64,000 nt of DNA, taken from assembly GCA_009103225.1 (NCBI GenBank), contig RHPI01001715.1:1020011-1084010 (forward strand), read 5' to 3'. A model generated the notes under the pieces. It saw only the letters and a list, made by a program, of their open reading frames with translations, did no database searches and was not told the origin of the DNA. Position 1 is the first letter of the stretch. Each line of letters begins with the position of its first letter. The position numbers and the translations under genes were made by a program. This document shows, piece after piece, positions 1 through 12,629 of this stretch. This DNA comes from Chlorokybus atmophyticus (lineage: Eukaryota > Plantae > Mesostigma and Chlorokybus algae).

Positions 1-372
1 GATGATAGGTTGCTGGGAAATCTTAATCTCTGTCCATGTCCTGCAATTGCAGCAACATTGCAGACTGCTGCTGCAAGTGCAGGTCGGTCACACACAGATC
101 ATCTCAACAATCGACGCTGTGCAGGTCGCCACTTTATATCATACGCTCTAGCGCCCTCCCAGCCGTCGATCCTGCGAGCTGCGAGGAAATATCAGCGCGC
201 TGACGAGTGACCACGTTACGCGCGTAACGCTGATGTGTGACACCTCACAGCGGTCTGTGGCACTACTGCCAGCTGGCGTGCCTTGTCGGGTGACTGAGCA
301 GGCGGCGCCTGTGACGGCGACGGTAGTGGCGGTGTCTTCACAACCTTTGTGGTAACATTGGTAGAGGGCGAT

Positions 373-1575
373 ATGGCTGCGGTGGTGTGCTCATCTGCGT
401 CTGCGGTGGTCGCTTCCCAGCAGCGCTGCTCCGCAAGCCCTGTGCTGTCGACGCGCCGGAGCGTTGCGGCTAAGGTCGCTGGTGCCAAGGCTTTCATGCG
501 TGGCTCGCCTGTTGCTATTCGCCGCCAGGGTGAGTGAAAGGTTTAGCTAGCTTGGGGTCGGAGCGCATGCTGGCTGCGCCACCTTGGCAATTCTTCGTTG
601 CAACTCAACGCCCGCACACCCCTTAAGCCGCAGACGTCTCCCAACTGCTTTGTTCGTAACATAGGTTTATGATCCAGTCTGCGTGTAGACAAGGCAGCTT
701 TCTCCATCCTGTCGCGATTGTCTCTCAGTGTGCGTACAGCTGCGTCCTCCATGCATTGTGCTGCTTACAATCACTTTTGTCATTCGCAGGTTGTTAGTCG
801 TGCACGCGTCGCAATAGTCTCACACAGAATGGTCGACTTGCTGTGGAGCGCAGTGCATGCTAAGAAAAGCGCATGACAGGTTCTGTGCGCTCAGCTCCGG
901 CATTCGTCGTGCGCGCTGCCGCTGAGGATGACGCCTCAGCAAATGCTCAGGCCCTGGTTGAAGATTTGAAGTCCAAGGTACGTGCAACTAGTTCTCATGC
1001 ATATATCGCAAGTTGCTGTCAACCGCAACAATGTTCAATACAAATACAGACAGATCCCACGATTGGTGTGTTGAAATCGTGAAGTGGCATGCTGTGTCTT
1101 GCATGTGGCTACAACTTAGTATCTCTGTGCAGTGGGACGCTGCTGAGAACAAGTCCACCATCGTTCTTTATGCTGGTTTCTCCATCTTTGCTCTGTGGCT
1201 AGCTTCTGCTGTCGTTGGCGCAATCAACTCTGTACCTTTGGTGAGTCTATGCAAGAGTTTCGTGTGCCAGTCTTTACCTTCCCTTGCAATGGACGGGTAA
1301 GGCTGTGGGTGGATGGCATTAAACAGTAAGGCCTGATTGGCTTTCCTTTCTCAACAGCTGCCCAAGGTGATGGAGTTGATTGGCCTTGGTTACAGTGGCT
1401 GGTTCGTATACCGCTACCTGCTCTTCAAGGTGACTGCATCGTTTGTGTTGGCCAATATGTAGCGCAGTGTGATGCTTCAGTTATAACTCTATTGTGTGTT
1501 CAGTCTTCAAGAAAAGAGCTGCTCCAAGACCTTGACGACCTGAAGAGCAAGATTGCCGGCACACCCAAGAACTAA
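373..1575 (+). CDS. CURT1: CURVATURE THYLAKOID1 (CAAD domain) protein, 5 exons
   Basis: Exons 373-529, 880-977, 1133-1240, 1358-1429 and 1504-1575, all GT-AG with compatible phases. Ser/Ala/Arg-rich transit peptide MAAVVCSSASAVVASQQR, then WDAAENKSTIVLYAGFSIFALWLASAVVGAINSVPL-LPKVMELIGLGYSGWFVYRYLLFK-SSRKELLQDLDDLKSKIAG. Confidence 0.93.
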
Positions 1576-2891
1576 ACTAAGCTTGAGCACTTGTGGTAGG
1601 CTTACTGGCACTAGATAGGTAACAGGTTAGTGTGTATATGTTAACAACGCAAGGTCTTGCCTGTGTAAGTTGCAGTTGTAAATTCTGCACTGAGTGAAGT
1701 ATGCCTGCAAGTCGTGCTGGTTGTGTCGCGTACATTGGGTGGAAGGCGGGGGAATTGTTCTGTAGGGAATTGCAGTAACCTGCAACCACATCTGACAGCA
1801 TCTTCTGCAGATGCCATCTTGTGCGGTTGACGCCTTACTGGTGACAGACACCACATGACCTCAATCGCATGGCACCTGTTGTCAATATATATATATATAC
1901 TGAACAAGCTTGCTACAAGGCATCAACTTGTCAGCGGTCGGACAGATGTCGTTGGAGTACACGAAGTCAGGTAACTAGACCATGCACATTTGTACGTAGA
2001 GTACCAATTTGACTAGGGGGCATGCGAGTTATCGCATGTAGTACCGGCAGTGCCAGGCTGGGGTCCGGTCCAGACGGCGGCGCCAACGGCGGAAGCGGAC
2101 GCTGTGCTGGCAGCGGCGGCAGTGTAGTTGTATAGGCGTGCTTGCATGCCGCTGACGTGCGTGTGAGTATGCTAGTGCGATGATAGGCAGGGATGACAGT
2201 GCATAGCATGGTGTGACGATTTTGCTGTTAGTTTTTAGACCGGCAGTAGTCACAGACATGTAGCACATGCTCAATAGTTCAAAGCACTGGCATGCACAGG
2301 GTAAAACAGAGGCAATGCATGTACCAGATGCTTGCGCTGCATGGTGTGCACTTTGCATACAATAGTTTGGCCGCGCTTATATACCAATCAATTTGGGAGT
2401 CTTGTCATACGGCATATCAGACCAAGAGTTTCAATGTATGCTCATATGGTCGTAACGACCAGAACACATGCAATAGCGTAGTGTGCATTGTACTTCTCAT
2501 TCATATGCTGCCATAGCCTATCGGTGACGCCCTTATATGCAAAATTATGATTGCATGTACGATATGCATGACTAATGGGGTAGCGGTAATGGAGTAGTTG
2601 TGTAGCGAAGTAGCCCGGCGGCAAACTGATAATGTGTGTGCAGTGCATATCGTGCTATGTCAAAGCCGTTATGCATGTCCTATGCATGCATACCTTACAA
2701 TCTATGTACACCACTACCCAACTTAAGTCTATAGTGCTTCATATGAAGCACTACAAATGCATCTTTGTTAAAGGCTGCGGAAGCGTTGAACGACTGAACA
2801 ACAAGCTGCAGCCTTTAAAACAGGGACATTAGTAACACCAACAGCGGGCTCACATACTCCAGCAGGAGGTAGCCTTTTTACACTTGGCTCG

Positions 2892-3460
2892 GTGGCGTTG
2901 CGCGCACCAGCCATCACCGTTGGTGCTATGATGTCGGAATCTCCTCTCAAGGACTTGTACGCTGCACTGCGGCGTACCTTCCCACCCCAGACCACCAACA
3001 AGGTAGAGGTGTTGAGACGCTTTTTACGGAAGCCCAATAAGGACCCTTTCCGGCTGTATTTGCGGTTGGAAGGCTACTGAAGGACACTAACTACACGATC
3101 GTCAGTGAGGAGGCAGCCGCAGTTGTGAACGTGGCTGAGTTGGACCCCACCTTCAGTGAGTTGACGCGCTTGACACTGAACTACAATAGACCCCTCGGCT
3201 ACACCCTCAAGGAAGCTTTTGAGATTGCACAAGCCACTCACAAGCGTGCGGTGTATAAGAAGGCAGTGTTGGACACCAACCGAAGCGCCTCACGTCCCAT
3301 GGCAAGCACGAGTGCTGAGCCCCCTTGATGAGACCGCAATCGGGATGCTCCAGTCACGCGCAACAAGGACAAACGGTCAGCTCATGCTGCCCTTGTTGCT
3401 CCCGTGATGTGCCATCGGTGTGGTCGACATGGGCAGTACTAGAAGGAGTGCACCACCGAG
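2892..3460 (+). pseudogene. Element A gag remnant with degenerate CCHC zinc knuckle
   Basis: Broken ORFs 2892-3080 and 3125-3328. CHRCGRHGQY*KEC at 3410-3451 fits CX2CX4(H>Q)X4C. Followed by Asn/Gly/Tyr-rich low-complexity sequence. Confidence 0.55.
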
Positions 3461-6059
3461 GATTATGGCAGCCTTGAGTGTGACTACTTCCATTAGATGG
3501 GACACTTGGAGGCAGTATGCTGGCTGCAGTTCCTCGAGCTGCGGCCCTCTATTGGTCACAACAACAGCAACAGCGCTAGTGGCTATCGTTGCAACAATAA
3601 CAACAACAACAACAACAACAACTACTGCTACAACAACAGCAACGCTGGTGGCTACAACAACGACAACAACGCTGTTGGCCACAACTAGAAGCAAACAACG
3701 AGCAAAACTACCACAACGAGTGGCCCAACTAGAAGAAAACAAGGAGCAAAACTACCAAGCCTGCTACGCTGCCCGATGGGCATTGATAGCACCTAAACGC
3801 GATAGAGACACCCCGACGCCATCGCGTGTGCAACCACCAAAACGTGGGCGCAGAGAGGCTGGCACATCGTCAACAGCAGCATCGTTGAAAACCACAAGTG
3901 GGGCAAACTCGACGGCCACGACCCTTGCTGGGACGACCCCATCGACGACATCGCCAACAGCAACACTCACAGGTGCCGCCAGTGCGGATATACCCAGCAC
4001 TACGTTGGCGCCAGAGATAACCGGCACTGAGGCTGCAGTCATGGCTAGCGAACCCATTGGTGGTGTTGGCACCACACCCGCTATAGCTGCGGACACTGCA
4101 CCAGCCGCGACTGCAGCAACGCTCACAGCAACGACCTCCGTCTCCACGACAGCGTTGCCGCACCTATGCCCGCCCCTGCTGTCATTGCCGCCGCACCATT
4201 AGGGGTTCGTGCGGCCCCTCCTCCGCACCTTGATATCACTCAACAGGTGCCACGCGAACCGCAAGCAGAGCGCGCTTGGGATGTCCATTATACGCAACAT
4301 CAAGCCCACCACCGTTGCGTACGGACCGTGGGGTCAGTGCACAACGCATGTAGCACGAGATGATCGCATCCTGCCGCTACCACCGCCCGAATACCATACA
4401 CTGTCACAGCCCACCCAACACCAGCTGGAAGACGAGATTCTAGCCGGCACTGCTTTTAAAATGAGAAACCGTCTTTTCGGGGTCACTTAGCGGCACCCTG
4501 CTGGGTTGGAGCTGACAATAATTTGTTCTTGGCGCTGCACGCGAGGCTGCAGCACGCACCCGGCCGATCACAACAGCACAGCAATGCTAGTTCAACAGAT
4601 TGACTTCGAGCCCTCACCGCTGGACCCGCTCGAACTTTAGCATTGCCGAGTGCAAAGCCTTATGATGGCCACCTGAAGCATGCCGCTTGGCGCTGACCAG
4701 GCACTCCGTGGGCTCACCCAGGGGAGTCACCAACAACGGTTCTCTGCTTATGAACAGGCACATTGCTATTGGCAAAAACAAGCCGCGCAAGTTGATGCAC
4801 GCCGACAGGCGTATAAAGCAGCACGCGCCGCTTCAGTGCAACCCGCCGGGTCGTCAGATGTCGCTGGCACCTCCACTGCACTTGCCGTGGTGCCACCAGC
4901 GTGGTGCCAACAACAATACAGCTAGGGCAAGCAACTGTTGCTGATCAAGCGAGGGCGTTGGCGCAACAATTGAGGGGGGTAATTGCCCGGCTGCCCCCTT
5001 TGATCGATGGTATGCCCAACAATTAGCGGGATGCAAAACGAGGTTACCTTACCCCACAAGGAGACACCACCCAGCGAGGAGGAGCTGGTATGGTAGGAGA
5101 GCAACAACTCCGTACCGCTATCATACAACAAGCAGTCATGCTGCACCGGCCCGAGGGCAGTGCATTGAGGCAGATGATGGGGATGCGAGAAGGCAGCGCC
5201 TCTTGAGCACGACTTGTGACGTGGCTAATCACCCCGCTGTCCCCACGTTCGCCTATGGCAACATAGCATCATGGTTGGGGGCATTCATCCACTAGCAACG
5301 GTAAGCACACGACGAAGCTGCCACCACTGCGTTAGACACTTTGGAGGGAGTGCAGGAGGCAATGCTGCGGCTGTCGGGAGTAGAAGCAGCACGGCAACGC
5401 CGGCGCATCGCTCATGAGCTACACACGCAGCAGATCAAATCCAAACGCACCATATGGGCGCGCGCCATGATCGTGCTCGATGTCGGCGTGGTACAAGGCA
5501 GGTGGGATGCCTACATGGTAGGGATCTTGCAAGTCCCCACCGTCACTTACGACATGCGGCAGCAGTTACTGCGCGCGGTATACCTGTAGCCCATGCCACA
5601 ATATCACCACCGGAGCGATGTGGACACGGAGCCCACAGCCACGCGGGAAGGGACATTGGTCAGAAAGGCAGCTCATGCTGTCTGATGGACCTACGCCGTA
5701 GAACAAGCAGAACGCGAGGCAGGCCCGCAAACACTGGGTCTGCCGGGCTTTCCTCCACAATCATTGGGGTCGCCAGCAGGCATCCCATTTTCTCAAAGGT
5801 GGCATCCACCATCACCTCAATCACAGCCAGCACGAGAACCCCTAGCGCAAAGGCCTCCCCGTGTCTATCAACCACCATGACAAGGTCGATTTGGCAGAGG
5901 GAGAGGACGAGGACGGTGTCCTTTAAACCCAGCAGGCAAAGGAGCTCTAGCTGCGGATGCGTTCAGCACCTCCATCTGAGAAGCATGAGGCACCGGTGCC
6001 GACAGCCCGCACCAAAAGGCTACGCATCAATGCCAATGCTGCCATGGTAGCCAACCAAG

Positions 6060-6330
6060 GCAAGCATGTGACCATCAACGGCCTGGCGGGTGATGCTGGA
6101 CACTGGGACACAACCAGTCATCATCGGGCGCTTCCTTGCCTCGCAGTCCCTTGGCATCACCAGCTCGGACCTGCTGCCTTGTCTATATGTATTCGACACA
6201 GCAACGGGGAGCCGTGACAAGGTGATGGGAGTCATCAAGGAGGCCTTTTGCATTTGGCTGACAGGGCTGGACTCAACCCACACCACAGAGATCATTCACC
6301 AATGCATGGTCACCAACTGGCTGCTTCGAA
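6060..6330 (+). pseudogene. Element A retroviral-type aspartic protease remnant
   Basis: HVTING (frameshift) VMLDTGTQPVIIG; catalytic D codon at 6099-6101. Confidence 0.7.
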
Positions 6331-6809
6331 TTTCTGCTTGGACAGGACTTCAACTTTCCCACCAACTTTCCCGGGGGTATGGGCCTTGATTACTGGACGG
6401 AGCGGAGTTGGTTCCGACCACAGCAGGATGAAGATGACGGAGAGGTACAGGGCTTCCTACCCCTCGAATTGGTGTCACGCACGCGTGCCCAATGCAAAGT
6501 GGCCGCCACGGCCACACGCAGTCACGTGCGCACACGGAAGGCTGCAGCCATATATCACAGCACCCGCACAGGAGTTGCTGTCGTCGCCGCAGCCCCTTGC
6601 CGCACAGACGACTCCACTCCCAATCCTTACACTAAGGAGCAGGAGGATGCCACTACTGAGGTGGCAGTACAAGACCCCGGCCGCACGCCGTCCTCGTGCA
6701 CAGGTGGACGTGCACCTTTTGCTAACCCAGCCATTGATTACTTCGCGCTTCCACAATTACAAGGGACACAGCAAGGTGCACGACCAGCACATTGAAGCCA
6801 TTAAAGTTG

Positions 6810-7811
6810 TGGAATCTCATACCTTTTTGCGGCAGCAGGGCATCACGGTGTTGGAACTGTTTGGCGGCATCGGCAGTGGTCTCGCTGCGGTCCTCAATAC
6901 AAGTGTAAAAGCCATCAAGTATTAATATTGCGACCCTAACCTGCGCGCTCAAACAGCCCTTAAGCACCATCTGCATCAGCTGCACGAGCGCTATCCACAG
7001 CAATTGCTCTCGTCGGCACTGCAAGGCAGCCTTAAGGCATTGCCACAAGACATCCGACTAATTATTGAGGACCACTTGCTGTCCCTTGGCAACATTGACT
7101 TGTTGATAGCTTGATGGGAGTGCCAAGGACACTCCATGGCAGGAAAAGGCCAAGGCCTTAACAACCCTCGCTCAGGTCTCAGTTTTGGGAGTTGATGAGA
7201 GTCATCCATTTCCTTCAACAGCATCAGATCTCTAGGCCACTAGGGTATGTCATCAAGAATGTGCATGCGGACGACGACAAGCGTCCCCATGTAGCCTCCA
7301 CCTACCAATAGGTGTGCTCCATTTTTGGGCATCCACTCAAGGTGAACGCAGCGCGCCATGGGCTCGTGCACAATGTGTGCGCGCCAAGTGGACAAACTTG
7401 GCCACCACTGAAGAGCTAATTACATCAGAGGACACGCGCAGCACACGGCCAAGCAACGTCTTCGTCCGTGACATCCTTGACCCCGACCGTAAAGCCCAAC
7501 CTGTCACGCGTCTTGACCACAGCCACATCTACCAGTGCAACCAACCTAAGCAACCGCGCCGCGCACTTCCCACTTTCGTGTCCTCCCCAGGGTCCTATGC
7601 CTTCCGCAATGGAGGTGATAGCGTGGTGTTCAACACCACGACGGGCAATCTGAAAGAACCGAACGCATGTGAGCGCGAACGCGCCATGGGGTTCTTTCCC
7701 AACAGTATCATAGGGTCCCCGCTGACCAACAATCAGCAACGTCAGCTGCTCGGCCGCGCCATGGACCAAAACAGCATAGTCTGGCTGCTAGAGCTGAGTT
7801 TCACGTTGTAG
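6810..7811 (+). pseudogene. C5-cytosine DNA methyltransferase domain within element A pol (stops and frameshifts)
   Basis: Motif I TVLELFGGIGSG (6854-6880). Motif IV IDLLIA*WECQGHSMAG (Cys 7121-7123). Motif VI YVIKNV (7255-7263, ENV-like). Motif VIII VRAKWTNL. Motif IX ERERAMGF. Motif X RQLLGRAMD (about 7746-7766). Canonical order and spacing. Confidence 0.88.
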
Positions 7812-8049
7812 GACCGCCATGTGTCTTTCGAGGATCTTGAACACTTGGTTGGGGGGTGGGCTGATTGCGTTGCAGACACCAAGGCAGCTCACACAGCCAT
7901 CAAGGTGGCTCAAATGGAGGAGCAAGCAGCAGTGATAGTGGAAAACATCCCCGTGGTTGCAAACGCAATGTCTTGAGACCACGCCATTGGCCCTCTTGCT
8001 ACGGAGGACACAGGAGAAAAGCTGGAGGCTCTCCTCAACAAGTGGAGGA

Positions 8050-9400
8050 GCCAATACAGCTTTAACGTGAAGGAGTTGGGTACATGTTTAATGTATCATA
8101 TGGACATCGAGCTGGTGGACACTGAGCCGGTGTTCCGAGGGCAATACATGCTCTCCACTATGGAGGAGGATTTGGTGGAATAGAGATGTAAGGCTTTGCT
8201 AAACGCAGGCCTCTTTGAAGGGTCCACATCGGACTTTGCAGCCGCGACAATCATGCCGTTGAAGAAGGATTTAGCAGGCAACAAGACAGAATGGGGCATG
8301 TGCGGCGACTACCGCCCCCTAAACAACAAGACCAAACAAGACAGATACCCAATGCCCACAGCAAAGGGCATCAACAATGATGTGGGAGACTGCACAGTCT
8401 TTAGCATCCTTGAAATGTGCCAAAGGTACAACCAAATCGCCATCAAGGATGAGGACAAGCACAAGACCTTCTTCTGAGGCAACTGGCAGTTGTACTACTA
8501 GAAGATGATGCCGTTCGGGCTGGAAAATGCCCGCTAAGTTCTAGCACGTCATGGACAAAGTCTTAAAGGGGCTAGACTTCGCGCGGTGCTACATCAATGA
8601 CATCCTCATCTTCAGCCGCAGCAACGAACAGCACTTACATCACATCGAGGAGGTGCTGGAGAGGCTTAAGGGAGTGGGGATGACTTTGCACCCGGACAAG
8701 TGCACCCTCTTCACTCACAAGGTACTCTACTTGGGGCACATAATTGTGCCCCACGTTGTGTACGTACAGCAGGCAAAGGTGGAGGCCCTGGCAGCTATCC
8801 CTGCTTCGACGGACCTCACGCGCCTGCGCGCCTTCTTGGGCCTTGCCAACTGTTATCGCCGATTTATGATAGACTTCGCAAAGATAGCGCGGCCCCTCAA
8901 CGAGCTACTGAAGAAGGAGGTGAAGTTCGCATGGAAGGAGCCGTAATAGCAGGCCTTCGAGGAGCTGAAAAGCAGGCTCACTGCAGCTCCCATCTTTCAA
9001 CATCCTGATTACACCAAACCTTTCATCCTTCACATCGACTGGAGTATGCTGAGGATAGGAGCCCGTGCTAGTGCAGCGCGATGAGAACAAGAAGAAGCGC
9101 ATACGCCAGCCGGAGCAACAACAGTGTCGAGGCCAATTACAGCAGCTACGAGGGAGAGTGCCTCCCTGCAGTGTGGGCTATCTCCTTTTGCCGGCCCTTC
9201 CTCTTCGGGCGACAGTTTCAGTCGATCATGAGCCGCTCAGATGGTTGATGACCAACCAACATTTGACAGGGAAACTTGCCTATTAGGCCCTGCTATTGCA
9301 GGAGTATGAGTTTGAGATCGACCACCGCGCTGGTCTTACCAACTAAGATGCCAATGGACTCAGTCGTAATGCCCACCTCAGCGCCAACGACACAACTGAA
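8050..9400 (+). pseudogene. Element A reverse transcriptase and RNase H (degenerate)
   Basis: WGMCGDYRPLN..TKQDRYPMP, MMPFGL, CYINDILIFS (YIDD to YIND), LRAFLGLANCYRRF, KPFILHIDWS, TVSVDHEPLRWL; several in-frame stops. Confidence 0.9.
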
Positions 9401-9530
9401 GCGCAACATGAGCTCAACCCTATAGCTGCAGCTTCTACAGTGGCTGCCATGTTGCTGTCGCCGCATTGTGCTCAGGTCGCAAGACCAGCACCTCAGCAGC
9501 TGCCGCGGCAGCAGCTGAGGCGATGCCTGC

Positions 9531-9853
9531 TATAACGAAGTGCTACCGCTATGCGGTTCCCCGCCCTTGTTTAATAAGAAATAAGGGTCCCAACGGGATA
9601 AACACAGCCATTAAAGTCGTATTAGGGCTTTTATAAGCCCTAATAAGGTGTTATGTTACTTAACACTGACATCGACTTGAGACATGAGTCTTAAGTCAAT
9701 ATCGGCCGCATGGCGGCGCTTCTAACGCAGCGACCGTCATAGCCAGGGGATCTTTTGATCCCCTGCCTGCCAGCGGTGGCGGCGGCGACGTGGCTGTGGT
9801 TGGTGGTGTTGGGGTAGGGGATGAAAGGGGGCGGTAGCACTCCCCCCCTTACA
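9531..9853 (+). repeat. Element B 5' LTR (323 bp)
   Basis: TATAACGAAG...CCCCCCCTTACA; aligns to 16117-16444 (16 mismatches in the first 180 positions). Confidence 0.95.
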
Positions 9854-9854
9854 T

Positions 9855-9866
9855 TGGTATCGGAGC
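9855..9866 (+). other. Element B primer-binding site, initiator tRNA-Met type
   Basis: TGGTATCGGAGC one base after the LTR; one mismatch to canonical TGGTATCAGAGC. Confidence 0.85.
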
Positions 9867-10811
9867 GAGGACGGCGAGGGGTTTGTGGGGGGCGGCGGCG
9901 GCTCTGGCGGCGCAGTAGCGGCAGCAACTATCGGCAGTAGGCGACGCAGCAGGCGACGCGGCAGTAGGCGACGCAGCAGCGGCAATGGCGGCGGCGGCGC
10001 TAGCTTAGCTACCCACAAGTTAGGGTGGGTAGTGGTGTTAGTTGTTGTTGTTGTTGTTGTGCATAACGCTGCTGCTGGTGTAGCTTAGCTTAGCCTTGCT
10101 TACTTGCTTGCTTGGCCTGGCGTAGCCTAATCGCCCTAGCCTAGCCTAGCTTGCTGATAGGGGAGGCTGCCATTCAAGCTTTCTCCTCTAGGCATTGCAT
10201 GTCCAGCACATCACATAGTACTTTATATTATTATAAACACTTGTGTGTGCTTGGGACATTGCCACCAAGTGGATTCGTAGTGGTGTGAAGGTTTTGTGTG
10301 CTATATCATTTACACAATCCTTTGGGAGCAGTCCGGTGGCAACATCGGCTGTTTCGGTCGCCAATCAGTGCGGTGAGGCCGCCAAAGTCATTCTGGGCGG
10401 CCGATTTGAAACTCACAACTCACAACTTGTCGATATCGGCCTGTAGGGCTGATTCAACGAGATTTTGGCACCTTGTGTGTCAATTGCGATTGTGAGTTGA
10501 GCTGAGTTGTACAAAGTGAAAACTTTGAGTTCCTATAGCTTGTGAACCGTTGCATGGATTCGCGTGCGGTTTGTTGACAAGCGAGTGTCTTGTTGAGATG
10601 TGTTGGGGAGTCATTTTACGTGCTGTTTACCCAAGTATAGCACCTTGAAATCAACGAGAAAGAAACAACAAATTGTAACACTTTCAGAGTGCACAATTCG
10701 TGTGCTTGTGCACTCGTGCACTTGCAACCTTCTTGATGGCTTGTCTCCTTGGGCAGATGTCTCACCAAGGAGAGGAAGGAGGGATGTATCCCGTACCTGA
10801 GGATTCATCGT

Positions 10812-12200
10812 ATGCCATCAAGTGATGAGGAAGTGAAGCACTCAGACACGAGTGGTGGTCACAGTGTTGGTGAGGAGGAAGAAGCCGAGTCCGAGAGTGG
10901 TGAAGCTTCTTCAAAGAAGTCCTCTCATGATGACCAACCTATGGACGCTCAGAGCATCATTGGGGCGGCTATAGCGAAGTACGCATCAAAGCGTGAAGCT
11001 CTTCTTGCTGCACACCCCCAGCTTCGCAAGGAAGTGTGGGATGAGTGGCCGCAGCAAGTCCGTAACGCATATGAGACGGACTTCGCGGCACTCCCGTGCG
11101 CAAGCAAGGAGATGGTGATTCGCATGATCGAGCACGAGTTGACGCGTAATGTACCGCAACTCATGCGCACAGATCCGGCAGTGGCCACTCTTATGGCTAC
11201 TGATGACAAACCAGGCCCGTATCCAGGCCAGATGATGGCGTTCGAGGCTTTCACCTTATTGACGGTGGAAACTTAGAAGCGTTGCAAGGACCGTTTCTGG
11301 TACTTGAGGCCTAAGTTTGAGGAGAAGTTAGCTCGAGAAGAGCGCTTAACTGCACGCCTCGATGCTATGCAGTCCGAGTTGGTGGCATTACGCAAGCAGG
11401 TGGCCGGGGCTACCACAACTGTAGCAGGGACATCAGTTGGCCTACCCGTCACAGCGCTGAACAAGCCCGAGAAGTTCAAACCCAATGGGGCTGTGAGCAT
11501 TCATGATTGGGTGGTGAATGTAAAGCGCTACTTGGCTGCACTTCAGCAACCAATTAGTGAGCATACATCTGTTGCTGAGTTGCTCATGCCACCTGACGCT
11601 TTGGCCGAGTGGGCGCGTCAAACGGAGGATGGTGCTTCCAAGACTGTGGAGGCATTGTTTCAATTCTTGGTGGAGCGCTATGGTGGCATGGACCCGGCTA
11701 CCGCTGCTCGCAATAAGCCTACCAAGCTGCGACAGAATGGTTGGGCGGCTTCTGTGTACTTGTAGGAGTTTCAGGCACTTGTTGGCCGTGTTAACAGTGG
11801 GCTCATGCCCATGGACAAGGCTGAGCAATTTGACCTGTACAAGCGCGGCTTGGATGCGCGTTTGCGCGACCAGTTGCAGTACAACACGTCTACGGGGCAA
11901 CCTTGGGTTCCCTCGGACCTCGCAACCTTGCAAAGGTTGAGTGTGTATCTGTTCAATGACGATGCTGCGGCTATGCAGGACAAGTCACAGGTGGTGGCTT
12001 CTGTCAAGTCACATGGGGGAGGGGGGAAGCGGTTCCCTCCACCAAGTGCGCATGCGGCGAAAAAGGCCAAAACCTCATACGCACCTGCGAGTGGTGCTAC
12101 GCCTATTGCAGCACGCGCCTGCTACGTGTGCCATCAGCCAGGTCACATTGCGAAGAACTGCCCAACCAAGGGAAAGGGCAAGGCCAAGAAGGTTGAATAG
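10812..12200 (+). pseudogene. Element B gag (single frame, two premature TAG stops) with C-terminal CCHC knuckle
   Basis: ORFs 10749-11276, 11304-11765 and 11805-12200 share one frame. KPEKF..V.DWVVNVKRYL capsid-like start; CYVCHQPGHIAKNC zinc knuckle. Confidence 0.88.
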
Positions 12201-12629
12201 GATTACGTCGTGACTGATGTACCTTCATCTAGTGGCCAGTTGCTAGTGTTACATGCAGCAAATGGTCTGATGAATTGTCTCGTGTACATGTAATGACACA
12301 TGCATGGCAAGCACATGATAAGCTGCCACTTTTTGATAGTGAAAAGGTGGATGACCAGGCTTGTGTGCTAGTGCATGTTAAATTTAACATGCTATTAGAC
12401 GTTTTGCGCACATTGTGTGAGTTACATAATAAACACACGACACTGTGAGTGTGGTTGTCATGGTGCTGGATTATCATAGACCATGGCTAAAGCATACTCG
12501 GGGGGGACCTGTATTAAAACAATTTACAAAGCGTGAGACGGGGACAGTGCGTTTGTCAGCAATATTGATTAACCCGCGCATCAGTCACGGAATCTTGGCT
12601 ACCTTTCAAGGGCGAGTAGTACCTTTATT

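Noticed and set aside
216-752. Minus-strand ORFs 216-497 and 543-752
   Set aside because: Antisense to CURT1 exon 1 and intron 1; no independent domain.
1900-2850. Candidate 5' LTR/PBS for element A
   Set aside because: No matching repeat after the integrase and no convincing PBS found; boundary left approximate.
3377-4202. Thr/Ala/Val-rich ORFs (260 aa and antisense) as mucin-like genes
   Set aside because: Low-complexity AAC-rich DNA inside decayed element A between gag and protease; no splice or domain support.
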